This document shows positions 17,929-26,707 of a stretch of DNA of 64,000 nucleotides, piece after piece (the first letter of the stretch is position 1; every line of letters begins with the position of its first letter). Made by a program: the position numbers and the translations under genes. The notes below the pieces were generated by a model. The model was given only the letters and a program-made list of their open reading frames with translations. It did no database searches and was not told the origin of the DNA. Source of the DNA: Myxococcota bacterium (lineage in GTDB: Bacteria > Myxococcota_A > Polyangia > DASYRF01); contig DASYRF010000092.1 in NCBI GenBank assembly GCA_036004705.1, forward strand, positions 12,374 to 76,373, read 5' to 3'.

Positions 17929-18921
17929 CTACAGGAAGAACCGCAGCGTCACGGCGAACGTATCGCCGTCCGTCTTGGTGCCCGGCGTCGACGGCGCCGG
18001 CCCCGCCACGCGTCGCTTGTAACCCGCGTCCAGCGCGAAGCTCTCACTCACGTAGGCCGCCCCGCCGCTCACCCAGTGGCCCCAGCCGAATCCACCCGCG
18101 CCGTCGGGCTCGGCGCCGTTCAGCTCGTACCCGGCGCGCAGCGCCAGCGCCCCGAAGAGGAACACTTCCGCTCCCGCGTGCACGCTGTGCGTGACCCTGT
18201 TCGCGGTCGTGAAGTCCATGACGTAGTCCACCGTCCCGAGCACGATGCCGCCCACGCCCACGCCGATGCCCGCGCGCACGTCCGTCGGCATGTCGGGCTC
18301 TCGGGGCAGCGTCAGGTTGCGCCCCGTCAAGCCGAACGAGATCGAGTCGGAGAAGGCGACGAGCAGCCCGGCGTCCACCGCGTACTTCTTGTAGTCGTCG
18401 GGGCCGAGGTCGTCGTTCTTCGGCTCCATCACGCCGCGCGGGTCCAGCCGCCGCGTCACCAGCTTGTTCATCACCCCGAAGAAGATGCGGTCGGTGAGCG
18501 GATACGACAGCGCGAAGCGCACGTCATAGCCGTTGCGCACCATCTCCTCGCCCGTCCCGGCGTCCGTGATGCGCGAGTTCAGGTAGCTCACTTCCAGGCC
18601 GCCGCCGACCTTGGAGCTCTTCGAGTCGACGATCGACAGGAAGGGACTGTGGCTGTGCAGGTCGAACGAGTAGGCGTAGCCCAGCTCGATGGAGTACTTC
18701 GCACCCCAAGAGATGCCGGCCGGGTTGAAGAACATTGCGCCGTTGTCGTTCGCGATCGCGACGTGCGCGCCGCCCATCGCCAGCGCGCGCGGGCCGACCA
18801 GCTCGTCCTCGTAGGTGCCGGCGCGCGCCTCCACCGCCACCCCCGCCAGCACGCAGAAAGTCGCGAGCGCCCCGGCGGCCCGTCCCAGCGTTGCACTCGT
18901 GTGATCGCGCAGCACAGACAC
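17929..18921 (-). CDS. Outer-membrane beta-barrel protein (FadL/PorV-like)
   Basis: A signal peptide is present. GPRALAMGGAHVAIANDNGAMFFNPAG is the N-terminal motif of OM transport barrels. Beta strands alternate, and the C-terminus is aromatic (VTLRFFL). Confidence 0.7.
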   Translation of the reverse strand: MSVLRDHTSATLGRAAGALATFCVLAGVAVEARAGTYEDELVGPRALAMGGAHVAIANDNGAMFFNPAGISWGAKYSIELGYAYSFDLHSHSPFLSIVDSKSSKVGGGLEVSYLNSRITDAGTGEEMVRNGYDVRFALSYPLTDRIFFGVMNKLVTRRLDPRGVMEPKNDDLGPDDYKKYAVDAGLLVAFSDSISFGLTGRNLTLPREPDMPTDVRAGIGVGVGGIVLGTVDYVMDFTTANRVTHSVHAGAEVFLFGALALRAGYELNGAEPDGAGGFGWGHWVSGGAAYVSESFALDAGYKRRVAGPAPSTPGTKTDGDTFAVTLRFFL

Positions 18922-18930
18922 CTTGGCTCG

Positions 18931-18958
18931 ACGCTAGCACGCACGCCCGGCGAGTCAA
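18931..18958 (-). promoter_or_regulatory. Candidate sigma-70-type promoter of the OM-barrel operon
   Basis: On the minus strand: TTGACT (18958-18953), 16 nt, TGC-TAGCGT (extended -10, 18939-18931), 9 nt, GTG start at 18921. There is no SD, so the mRNA would be near-leaderless. Confidence 0.4.
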
Positions 18959-19004
18959 TTTCTCCCTTCCGGCGGGCCGCGCCAAGCCATGCCGGGCGGC
19001 GGGG

Positions 19005-20597
19005 TCACGCGTAGGGGAGCGTCACCACGAACTGCGCCCCGCGGCCGGGCGCGTCCTCGTAGCGGATCGCCCCGCCGTGGTCGGCGACGATCTGGCGGCT
19101 CATCCACAGCCCGAGCCCCGTGGCGTCCGCGACGCCGCCCTTGCCGAAAGGCTCGAACAGCTGCGCGCGCAGGGCCGGCGGCACGGCCGCGCCGGTCCCG
19201 CCCACCACCACCTCCACGCCCGCGCCCGCCGCCTCGGGCCGGACCAGCACCCAGATGCGCCCCTCCTGCACCTCCTCCGCGGCCTGCCGGACGTTGGCCA
19301 ACAGGTTGCGCAGCGCCTGCACGAGGTCCGGCGCGGACCCCAGCACCTTTGCGCCCGCCGCCCCGAGCACCGCCTCCACCTGAACGCGCTCCTCCAGCTC
19401 GCGCCGCATCGTGCGCAGCGTCTCGCTCACCAGCTCCTGCAGGTCGACGCGCGTGCGCTCGCCGCGCCCCCCGTTCCACAGGACTTGCAGCTTCTGCACC
19501 ACCGCCTGGATCCGGCGCGCGCCTTCGCGGCAGTCGGCCAGCAGCTCCGCGTCGTCCGGCTCGGCGTGTGCGCACTCGCGCGGGCGCATCGCCTCCAGGC
19601 TCGCCAGCAAGAACGACAGCGGGTTGTTCACCTCGTGCGCCACCGCCTCGGCGAGCTGCGCCACCGCCGCCATGCGCTCCGCCTCGACGACGCGCTTCTC
19701 CACGATACGCAGCGTCTTGCGTGCACGCCCCAGCGCGCGCGCTTGCGTGTCCAGCTCCGCCTCCAGCTCGCGCTTGCTGTGCTGGAACGCGCGCCGCTCC
19801 GCGACCGCCGCCAGCCCCGCCGCGACGTGCGCCGCCAGGCTCTCGGCCACGCCGCGGGCCGCCTGGTCGAAAGGCGGGGCGCGCCCATCGAGCCGCAGGA
19901 TCATCGCCCCGACGGACCGGCCGGCGTGCACCAGAGGCACCTGCATGACGCGACCGTGCGAGCCGCGCACCACGCTGGGCGCCGTCTGCGCCGCGGCCCC
20001 CGACAGGTCTTCGGTGGACTCGTCGCGTGGCCCCAGCACCAGATCGCCGTCGTGGTCGCGGTGCGCGGCGGCCACTACCTCCGCGCCCAGGGCGTCGCGC
20101 AGCAGCTGCCGGCCGTGCGCCAGCAGCCGCGCCGGCTCCTCTGCCGCGGTCACCGCCACGCCCAGGTGATAGAGCGACGCCAGCACGTCGGCGCGCCGCG
20201 ACTCGGCGACGCCCGCCGCCACGACGTGGCCGAGCACCGGAGCGCCCTGCATGAGCGCCGTATTGGTTCGTTCGTCCGGCGCGTCGCCGGCGCGCCCCGC
20301 GCCGCGCGCCGCGCGCACCTCGACGAGCGTGGAGCCGAAGACGACGACGTCGCCCACCTTCAGCCGCGCCTGCCGTACGCGCGCCCCGGCGACGAACGTG
20401 CCGTTGCGGCTGCCGAGGTCGTCCACGTCGAGCCCGTTCTCCGCCGGACGCAGGCGCGCGTGCTGCGCCGACACCTCTGGATCGGGAAGGACCAGCCCCG
20501 CCTGCTCGGTCCGGCCCACCACGAGCCCGGCGCCCGGAACGCGCACGCTGGCGCCGGCGCGTAGCCCCGTGCAGACCATGATCTCGTAGCGGTTCAC
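19005..20597 (-). CDS. FHA-domain sensor histidine kinase (FHA + GAF-like + HisKA + HATPase_c)
   Basis: FHA is VVGRTEQAGLVLPDPEVSAQHARL...DLGSRNGTFV. The H-box is AHEVNNPLSFL. The N box is LRNLLANV, and the G box is TGLGLWMSRQIVADHGGAI. Confidence 0.85.
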   Translation of the reverse strand: MNRYEIMVCTGLRAGASVRVPGAGLVVGRTEQAGLVLPDPEVSAQHARLRPAENGLDVDDLGSRNGTFVAGARVRQARLKVGDVVVFGSTLVEVRAARGAGRAGDAPDERTNTALMQGAPVLGHVVAAGVAESRRADVLASLYHLGVAVTAAEEPARLLAHGRQLLRDALGAEVVAAAHRDHDGDLVLGPRDESTEDLSGAAAQTAPSVVRGSHGRVMQVPLVHAGRSVGAMILRLDGRAPPFDQAARGVAESLAAHVAAGLAAVAERRAFQHSKRELEAELDTQARALGRARKTLRIVEKRVVEAERMAAVAQLAEAVAHEVNNPLSFLLASLEAMRPRECAHAEPDDAELLADCREGARRIQAVVQKLQVLWNGGRGERTRVDLQELVSETLRTMRRELEERVQVEAVLGAAGAKVLGSAPDLVQALRNLLANVRQAAEEVQEGRIWVLVRPEAAGAGVEVVVGGTGAAVPPALRAQLFEPFGKGGVADATGLGLWMSRQIVADHGGAIRYEDAPGRGAQFVVTLPYA

Positions 20598-20671
20598 CTG
20601 CGACCCTCCGGCGGGCGCCTCCCGCCTACGTTCTTTTGCTCGACCGGCTGTGATAGATCTCTGCCCCGCTC

Positions 20672-21148
20672 ATGTCGCTGCTGGACAAGCTCAAGGAGCG
20701 AGAACGCCTCGCCGAAGAGTCGCGGCGAAAGCTCGCCGAGGCCATGATGGCCTACGAGGAAACCTCGCTGGTGAACAAGCGCGCCGTGGCCAAGGCCATC
20801 GACAAGGCCCTGGATCCGTGGCGCTCCCAGCTCGACATCCGCGCTTCGGTGGAGATCCCCGAGTACCAGTGGCGGCGGCGCATGGGCTTCGGCAGCGCCG
20901 ACGGCGTGGTGCAGGTGAACCAGCCCAACACGACCTGGTTCATCTACTTCCAGGTGGTCAGCGCCGAGCGCTGGATCCGCGTGAACTGCGCCCTGCAGGC
21001 GCCCCAGGAGAACCCGCGCACGCGGCGCGTGCACCCCGAGCACGTCATCCTGCGTCCGGACGACGCGGCGCGCGATCCGCAACTGCCGGCCTACGTGCAG
21101 AAGGCCATGAAGATGTTCTTCTGGACGATCAGCAAGGCAACGGGTTAG
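20672..21148 (+). CDS. Hypothetical cytoplasmic protein (158 aa), no recognisable domain
   Basis: Strong GC3 codon bias. The composition is balanced and non-repetitive (coiled N-terminus, Trp-rich core). It is divergent from the FHA kinase gene. Confidence 0.65.
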   Translation: MSLLDKLKERERLAEESRRKLAEAMMAYEETSLVNKRAVAKAIDKALDPWRSQLDIRASVEIPEYQWRRRMGFGSADGVVQVNQPNTTWFIYFQVVSAERWIRVNCALQAPQENPRTRRVHPEHVILRPDDAARDPQLPAYVQKAMKMFFWTISKATG

Positions 21149-21308
21149 CGCTGGGCTCACGTTCCACCTCGCCCGGATATCGGCGCCGGGCGCGGTCCCT
21201 TTAGCTCGCGCCCCCAAGCCACGCCAGCCCGGCGCCGCGGCTGTTTCGCTCGCGGGCCGCAGGGTTGCCGGGGAAGCAGTGCGCGCGGCGCGCGGCGGCC
21301 ACGGCGGC

Positions 21309-22391
21309 TCACGACGCCACGAGCAGCAGCTCGCCGGAGTCGCGCGCCTTGGAAAGCGCGTACCGGTAGCGGCCGTAGTGCAGCACGCGCACGCGCCGCT
21401 TGTGCCGCCGCAGCAGCGCCGCCAGCTCCGGCGCCGAAGGGATGCCGTCGCGCCGGTAGGAGACCGCGAGCACGGCGTCGCGCCAACGGGCGAACAGCTC
21501 GTCGAACGCCTGATGCACGCCGCGAGCGTGGGCGAAGGCAGACCGTCCCGGAACCGTTGCGCCGACGCGCGGCGGCAGCAGACGGCGGTGGCGCGACGCC
21601 CGGTCGAGACGCTCCTCCCACCGGTCGTAGTCGGCCAGCCCTTCGAGGAAGTGGTACAGGCCGAAGTAGTCGGTCGCCTGGCCGCGCCCGGAGACGTAGG
21701 GCGTGTCGACGTAGACGAGGTCGTAGCGGCCCGGCACGGCGCGCGCGTCCAGGTTGAGGGCACGGTTCCGCCGCCCGTTGTCGAAGACCGCGGCGTTCGC
21801 CTCGGCGGCGAAGTGGCGGAACCACGCCTCGAACGGGCGGTCCCAGGAGACCTTGTTTCCGAACGTGCGCGGCACGTCGGCGAGCCGCAGGTAGAGGTTC
21901 TTGCGGTGGAAGAGGTTATAGGGGCGCTTCACCAGGCAGGCCTGGCACAGCGCGAAGAAGGCGAGCGCGCGCTTGTAACGGTCGCCGAGGGCGCGCACGT
22001 TCGTGACGGCGCGGTCGATGAACGCGTTCTCCTCGTCGGTGTAGTAGATGCCGGCGAAGTGGTCCTGCACGAAGCGCGGGTAGCGCACGCCGCGGCGCGC
22101 TTCCAGCACGAAACTCACGTCCTCGTCGTCGAGACGCACGCCACGGTTCTCGATGAGGGCGCGCCCGAACTGATGGTTGAAGCGCAGGACGTCGTTGTAG
22201 GTCACCTGCTTGCCCTCGCGCCGCAGGCGCCAGGCCACGGCGCCCGTGCCACCGAAGGCGTCCAGGCAGCTGTCGAAGCCGAGCGGCGCCAGCTGGCGCC
22301 ATATCCAGTCGGCCAGCTTCGCCTTGCTGCCCTGGTAGCGCGTGGTGGGGAAACGCGGCGCAGCGGCGGTCGTGGCGCGGACCAGGGTCAT
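21309..22391 (-). CDS. Dam-family (D12 class) N6-adenine DNA methyltransferase, orphan
   Basis: TRYQGSKAKLADWI (motif X-like), LDAFGGTGAV (FxGxG SAM site), DLVYVDTPY (DPPY-type catalytic motif) and a C-terminal AVSYRRDG block are present. Confidence 0.85.
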   Translation of the reverse strand: MTLVRATTAAAPRFPTTRYQGSKAKLADWIWRQLAPLGFDSCLDAFGGTGAVAWRLRREGKQVTYNDVLRFNHQFGRALIENRGVRLDDEDVSFVLEARRGVRYPRFVQDHFAGIYYTDEENAFIDRAVTNVRALGDRYKRALAFFALCQACLVKRPYNLFHRKNLYLRLADVPRTFGNKVSWDRPFEAWFRHFAAEANAAVFDNGRRNRALNLDARAVPGRYDLVYVDTPYVSGRGQATDYFGLYHFLEGLADYDRWEERLDRASRHRRLLPPRVGATVPGRSAFAHARGVHQAFDELFARWRDAVLAVSYRRDGIPSAPELAALLRRHKRRVRVLHYGRYRYALSKARDSGELLLVAS

Positions 22392-22441
22392 CGGATGCGA
22401 GCGAACCGCCCGTCGAGGCCACGCCTACGGCGCGGCCCGAC

Positions 22442-23503
22442 TCAGCCCCCCCGGATCAGCTGCAACCGCCCGCGCGGCCCGCCGCGGTAAAGCTCGCCCG
22501 ACTGCATCAGGCGCGTGAATACCTCGACGAACTCCGGGTCGAGCTGCGGGCCGGCGACGGCCTCGATGATGGCCGCCGCCTCGCCGGGCGGGCAGCGCCG
22601 CCGGTATGGGCGATCGCTGGTCAAGGCGTCGTACGTGTCGGCGACGGAGATCACGCGCGCGGCCAGCGGAATGCGCGAGCCGGCCAAGCGGTCGGGGTAG
22701 CCCTCGCCGTCGATGCGCTCGTGGTGCGACCGCACGCCCGGAATCACCTCGGCGAAGAGGGCGCCGTGCGCCAGCAGCTCGCAGCCGATCACCGGATGGC
22801 GGCGCATGTCCTCCCATTCGCGCTCGTTGAGCAGGCCCGGCTTGTTGAGGATGCCCTCGCAGACGCCGATCTTGCCGACGTCGTGCAGGAGCGCGGCGTG
22901 CGTGACGCGCTCGACGTCCGCCGGCGAGAGCGCCAGCGCCAGCGCGATGCGGCTGGCGTACACGGCGACGCGCTCACTGTGGCCGACGGTGTAGCGGTCG
23001 CGCGCTTCCAGGGCGTTCACCATCGCCTCGATGGTGTCGAGGTAGCTGCGTCGCAGCCGCTCGCGCTCCTCGCGCAGGTCCTCGTTGGCGCGCACCAGCT
23101 CGGACACCAAGCGCCGCCGCTCCGTGGCGCCGTGGCGGATCTCGATGGCCTTGGCGACCTTCGCGCTGAGGAGATCCAGGCTGGTGAGCGGCTTCATGAT
23201 GTAGTCGGCCGCGCCGAGGTGCAGCGCCTCGACGGCGCTGTCGAGGGTCGGGTACCCCGTGAGCATCATCACTTGCGCGTCGGGGTCGCGGATGCGCATC
23301 TGCCCGAGCAGCGTGATGCCGTCGGTGTCCGGGAGCGTCTTGTCGATGATGGTGCAATCGGGCAGGCGCTGGAGGAAGGCGGTCAGACCTTCCGCGCCGG
23401 TGGCGGCGGCCTCGACGTCGTAGCCAGCCCGGGTGAGAACTTCCCCGAGCATTTTCAGGATCACCGGCTCGTCGTCTATGATGAGTACGCGATGCGCGGC
23501 CAT
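22442..23503 (-). CDS. Response regulator with HD-GYP c-di-GMP phosphodiesterase output domain
   Basis: The true start is MAAHRVLIIDDEP at 23503. The REC domain contains DKTLPDTDG. LLHDVGKIG and HHERIDGEGYP are present. The upstream 270 aa of the track ORF are junk. Confidence 0.9.
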   Translation of the reverse strand: MAAHRVLIIDDEPVILKMLGEVLTRAGYDVEAAATGAEGLTAFLQRLPDCTIIDKTLPDTDGITLLGQMRIRDPDAQVMMLTGYPTLDSAVEALHLGAADYIMKPLTSLDLLSAKVAKAIEIRHGATERRRLVSELVRANEDLREERERLRRSYLDTIEAMVNALEARDRYTVGHSERVAVYASRIALALALSPADVERVTHAALLHDVGKIGVCEGILNKPGLLNEREWEDMRRHPVIGCELLAHGALFAEVIPGVRSHHERIDGEGYPDRLAGSRIPLAARVISVADTYDALTSDRPYRRRCPPGEAAAIIEAVAGPQLDPEFVEVFTRLMQSGELYRGGPRGRLQLIRGG

Positions 23504-23638
23504 GGCGTCATTCCTGGCCAACCCGCCGTATCCAGCGCGCGGGTGCGACGAGGGACACTGTAACAGGTCTGGAGCAGGGGGGGTACGGCGTGCCACAGCG
23601 AAGCTCAAGTCCTCCGGACGCCGGCCGATGACTCGCTC

Positions 23639-24469
23639 GTGGACGCCCTCGTGGCAGGAATCATGACGCGCTGGCGCGATGAGGTCGGTGAGGACCCCCC
23701 GGAAGTGACCGCCGGCGGCGGCACCGAGGCGGCTGAAACGGCGGCGGCGCCGCTGGCCCGGGAGCGAGCCAAGCTGCTGTCCATGCTGGGGGCCGCGCTG
23801 GTGCACGAGCTGCGCAACCCGCTCGCCTACATCGTCGCCAACCATCAGATGCTGGGGCAGGACCTGATCTGGCTGCTGGAGCGAACCGACGACGCGGAGT
23901 CGCGCGCACGGCTGGTGGACCTGCAGGACCTCATGGCCGATTGCCGCACCGGCGTGACCAAGTTGTCGACCTTCCTCGACGCGCTGTCGAGGATGACGAG
24001 CGCGCGCGCCCTGCGCGAAGGCGGGACCACGCTCGCCGAGGTGGTCGACGGCACGATGAAGCTGATGCGCCCGCGCTTGGTGCGCTTCGAGACGGCGGTC
24101 GAGATGGCGGCAGACCTGCCGGTGCCCGCCATGTCGCCGCCGGCCCTGGCGCAGGCGTTGATGGTGCTGCTGGGCCTGGCCTCGGACGCGGCGCAGCGCC
24201 ACGCGGACGGGGCGGCGCGCGTGGGGTCGGCCGCAGGCGCTCGCACGCTGCGTCTGGTGGGCTCCGTCGGCGCGCCCCACCCGGGCGCAAGCGCAGCGCC
24301 GACAGTGGAGCTGCACCTGGCTTGGACGGGCGTCGACGAGGGCGGCGCCGGCGACCCTGACCTCGAAATCGTGCGCGCCGCTCTGTCCGAAGCCGGCGGT
24401 ACGCTGGAGGTTCGTCCAGCCGCGGGCGGCGCGGCGACGTTCGTCCTGCGCATCCCCGCCGTACGCTAG
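23639..24469 (+). CDS. Soluble histidine-kinase-like protein with H-box but degenerate ATP-binding domain
   Basis: The H-box is LVHELRNPLAYI. The C-terminal domain has HATPase-like length, but I cannot find clear N, G1 (DxGxG) or G2 boxes. The alternative start is ATG 23663. Confidence 0.6.
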   Translation: MDALVAGIMTRWRDEVGEDPPEVTAGGGTEAAETAAAPLARERAKLLSMLGAALVHELRNPLAYIVANHQMLGQDLIWLLERTDDAESRARLVDLQDLMADCRTGVTKLSTFLDALSRMTSARALREGGTTLAEVVDGTMKLMRPRLVRFETAVEMAADLPVPAMSPPALAQALMVLLGLASDAAQRHADGAARVGSAAGARTLRLVGSVGAPHPGASAAPTVELHLAWTGVDEGGAGDPDLEIVRAALSEAGGTLEVRPAAGGAATFVLRIPAVR

Positions 24470-24507
24470 ATCCGCTCGCGCCGTTTACTTCTTCTCGATG
24501 CGCGTCG

Positions 24508-24541
24508 TGCTACACTGCGCGCACGCTGCGCAAGAAGGAGG
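24508..24541 (+). promoter_or_regulatory. Candidate extended -10 promoter plus RBS of the aldo/keto reductase gene
   Basis: TGC-TACACT (24508-24516) shares GTGCTA with the boxes at 18931 and 49360. A strong SD, AAGGAGG (24535-24541), lies 5 nt before ATG 24547. Confidence 0.35.
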
Positions 24542-24546
24542 ATAAG

Positions 24547-25791
24547 ATGGCGATTTCCCGACGTGACTTCATCAAGCTGGCGGCAGCCTCTCCCGCGGCC
24601 ATCGCCGGCGCGGGCGCGCTGACGGGGGCCGGCGGAGTGCTCGGCGCCGAGGGGCTCGCGGGCGCCGCCGAGACGCCGGTCGTCAAGCGCTACAACGACC
24701 TGGGCAAGACCGGCATCAAGGTCAGCGACCTGAGCCTGGGCGGCGGGGGCCTCACGTCGCCCGACGTCGTGCGCCACGCCGTCGATCACGGCATGACCTT
24801 CATCGACACCGCGCCCGACTACGGCAAGAGCGAAGAGACGATCGGCGAGGTGCTCAAGGACTCGAGCGTGCGCGCCAAGGTCACGATCCAGACGAAGTTC
24901 TGCCGCCCTGGGGGGTATCCGGGCCACCTGAATCCCGGTACGCCCGTGGCGAAGATCCTGGAGATGGTCGACGGCTCGTTGAAGCGCCTGCAGACGGACC
25001 ACATCGATATCCTGCTCATCCACGCCGTGGGAGAGCGCGGCGGCGCCGCCGACGTGAAGCGCGCCCAGGACCCGAACTTCCACGAGGCCATCCTGGCGCT
25101 GAAGAAGTCGGGCAAGATCCGCTTCTCGGGCTGCTCCAGTCACGGGGGCGGGCTGGAGAGCAACATCGGCTGGGCGATCGACAGCGCCCCCGCCGGGCTC
25201 TTCGACACGTTCCTGCTGTCGTACAACTACCTCGCCGGCAAGTCGATGAAGGCGCTGGTGGCGAAGGCGAAGGCCGCGGGCAAGGGCGTGATGGTGATGA
25301 AGACGCTGCGCGGCGTCACCGAGGACAAGGCCGTCACGCTGCTGGGAAAGTACGGCAAGAACATCGCCCACAGCGCCATGAAGTGGGTCTGGGACAACGG
25401 CGCCGACGGCCTGGTCGTGACGATGGAGAGCATCGGCAAACAGAAGGCGTATCTGGGCGCGTCGGGCGGGACGCTGAGCGCGTTGGAGAAGGACATGCTG
25501 GAGCGCTACGCCGCCCACGTCACCGGCCACACCTGCCGCATCGCCTGCGGCGACGTCTGCGAGTCGGCGTGCCCGTACGACGTGGCCATCGCCGAGACGC
25601 TGCGCCACGACATGTACTACACGGACTACGGCGACCAGCGGCGCGGCATGGAAGGGTACGCGCGGCTCGGCGCGCGCCGCGCCGACGCGTGCGCCACTTG
25701 CGCCGACACGCCCTGCGTGAAGGCGTGTGACCACGACCTCCCGGTGCGCGACCTGCTGCGTGCGGCCGACGACCGCCTGCGCTGGAGCTGA
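24547..25791 (+). CDS. Tat-signal aldo/keto reductase with C-terminal Cys-rich (Fe-S-type) extension
   Basis: The twin-arginine signal is SRRDFIKLAAASPAAIAGAG. AKR blocks are FIDTAPDYG, DILLIHAV and VMKTL. The C-terminus contains CRIACGDVCESACP and CATCADTPCVKAC. Confidence 0.85.
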   Translation: MAISRRDFIKLAAASPAAIAGAGALTGAGGVLGAEGLAGAAETPVVKRYNDLGKTGIKVSDLSLGGGGLTSPDVVRHAVDHGMTFIDTAPDYGKSEETIGEVLKDSSVRAKVTIQTKFCRPGGYPGHLNPGTPVAKILEMVDGSLKRLQTDHIDILLIHAVGERGGAADVKRAQDPNFHEAILALKKSGKIRFSGCSSHGGGLESNIGWAIDSAPAGLFDTFLLSYNYLAGKSMKALVAKAKAAGKGVMVMKTLRGVTEDKAVTLLGKYGKNIAHSAMKWVWDNGADGLVVTMESIGKQKAYLGASGGTLSALEKDMLERYAAHVTGHTCRIACGDVCESACPYDVAIAETLRHDMYYTDYGDQRRGMEGYARLGARRADACATCADTPCVKACDHDLPVRDLLRAADDRLRWS

Positions 25792-25792
25792 G

Positions 25793-26707
25793 CTAGCGCG
25801 TCTTCGGGCGCGGCGGCGGCGCTGTGCCCTTGCCCCGCATCTCCTGCACCCCTAGATAGATCAGCTCGGCGCTCTGCGCGGCGCACACGACCGCGCAGCC
25901 GATGACGACCCAGGCGAACCAAGGGCCGTAGGTCCAAGCCGGGCCGACCGTCTCGCGCAGCACGATCCACGAGGCGGTGAACGACACGCACAGGCCGCTG
26001 ACCTTGCCGAGCGTCGTGGGGTAAACGCGGAAGGGGCCGCGCAGCAAGAGGATGCCGAGCGCGCCCACCGGCGCCACCGTGTAGCGCAGCGTGACCGCCA
26101 CCACCAGCCACCAGGGCACCGCGCGCGAGGCCGCCAGCGCCCACACGACGGCAAGCTGCACGAGCACGTCGGCGAGCGGATCGACGGCGCGCCCGAAGTC
26201 GGTCTCGGTCTTGCTGGCGCGCGCGATGAGGCCGTCGGCGATGTCGGTGGTGACGCTGGTGACGTAGAAGGCGAAGGCGAACGGACCGATGGGCGCCAGC
26301 GAGCGCGCGTGCAGGATGAGCCCGACGATGAGCGGCACCGAGCCGAGCCGCCACAGCGTCAGCGCGTTCGCCACCGTGTACTTCGTCAGCGGCGTGCCGT
26401 CCGGGTGGCGCACCAGCGGCAACGCCAGGTAGCAGAGCGCGCCGAGCGCCACCAGCCAAACGGCCAGAACGGCGCATAGCTGCACCGCCGCGCCGACAGG
26501 CAAGAAGCGGACGGCCGGGACGTAGAGCGCCACCAGCGAGGCGTAGGTGACGGCGAGCGCGCGCCAGAAGGCGCGCCGGCGCGAGGCTGGCTCGACTGCC
26601 GCCGGAAGGGCGTCGCGCACCACGCGCACGAGGAACGGCGCCAGCGCGGACGGCGCGAACCCGGCCGCGCGCAGGTCTTCGAGCGCGGTGCGCGGCCGCT
26701 CGGTCAA
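25793..26707 (-). CDS. CDP-alcohol phosphatidyltransferase family membrane protein
   Basis: DIADGLIARASKTETDFGRAVDPLADV matches D-x2-DG-x2-AR-x8-G-x3-D-x3-D, with 6 or more TM segments. The start is uncertain: TTG 26707 overlaps the pmbA stop (TTGA), and there is no in-frame ATG nearby. Confidence 0.75.
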   Translation of the reverse strand: MTERPRTALEDLRAAGFAPSALAPFLVRVVRDALPAAVEPASRRRAFWRALAVTYASLVALYVPAVRFLPVGAAVQLCAVLAVWLVALGALCYLALPLVRHPDGTPLTKYTVANALTLWRLGSVPLIVGLILHARSLAPIGPFAFAFYVTSVTTDIADGLIARASKTETDFGRAVDPLADVLVQLAVVWALAASRAVPWWLVVAVTLRYTVAPVGALGILLLRGPFRVYPTTLGKVSGLCVSFTASWIVLRETVGPAWTYGPWFAWVVIGCAVVCAAQSAELIYLGVQEMRGKGTAPPPRPKTR

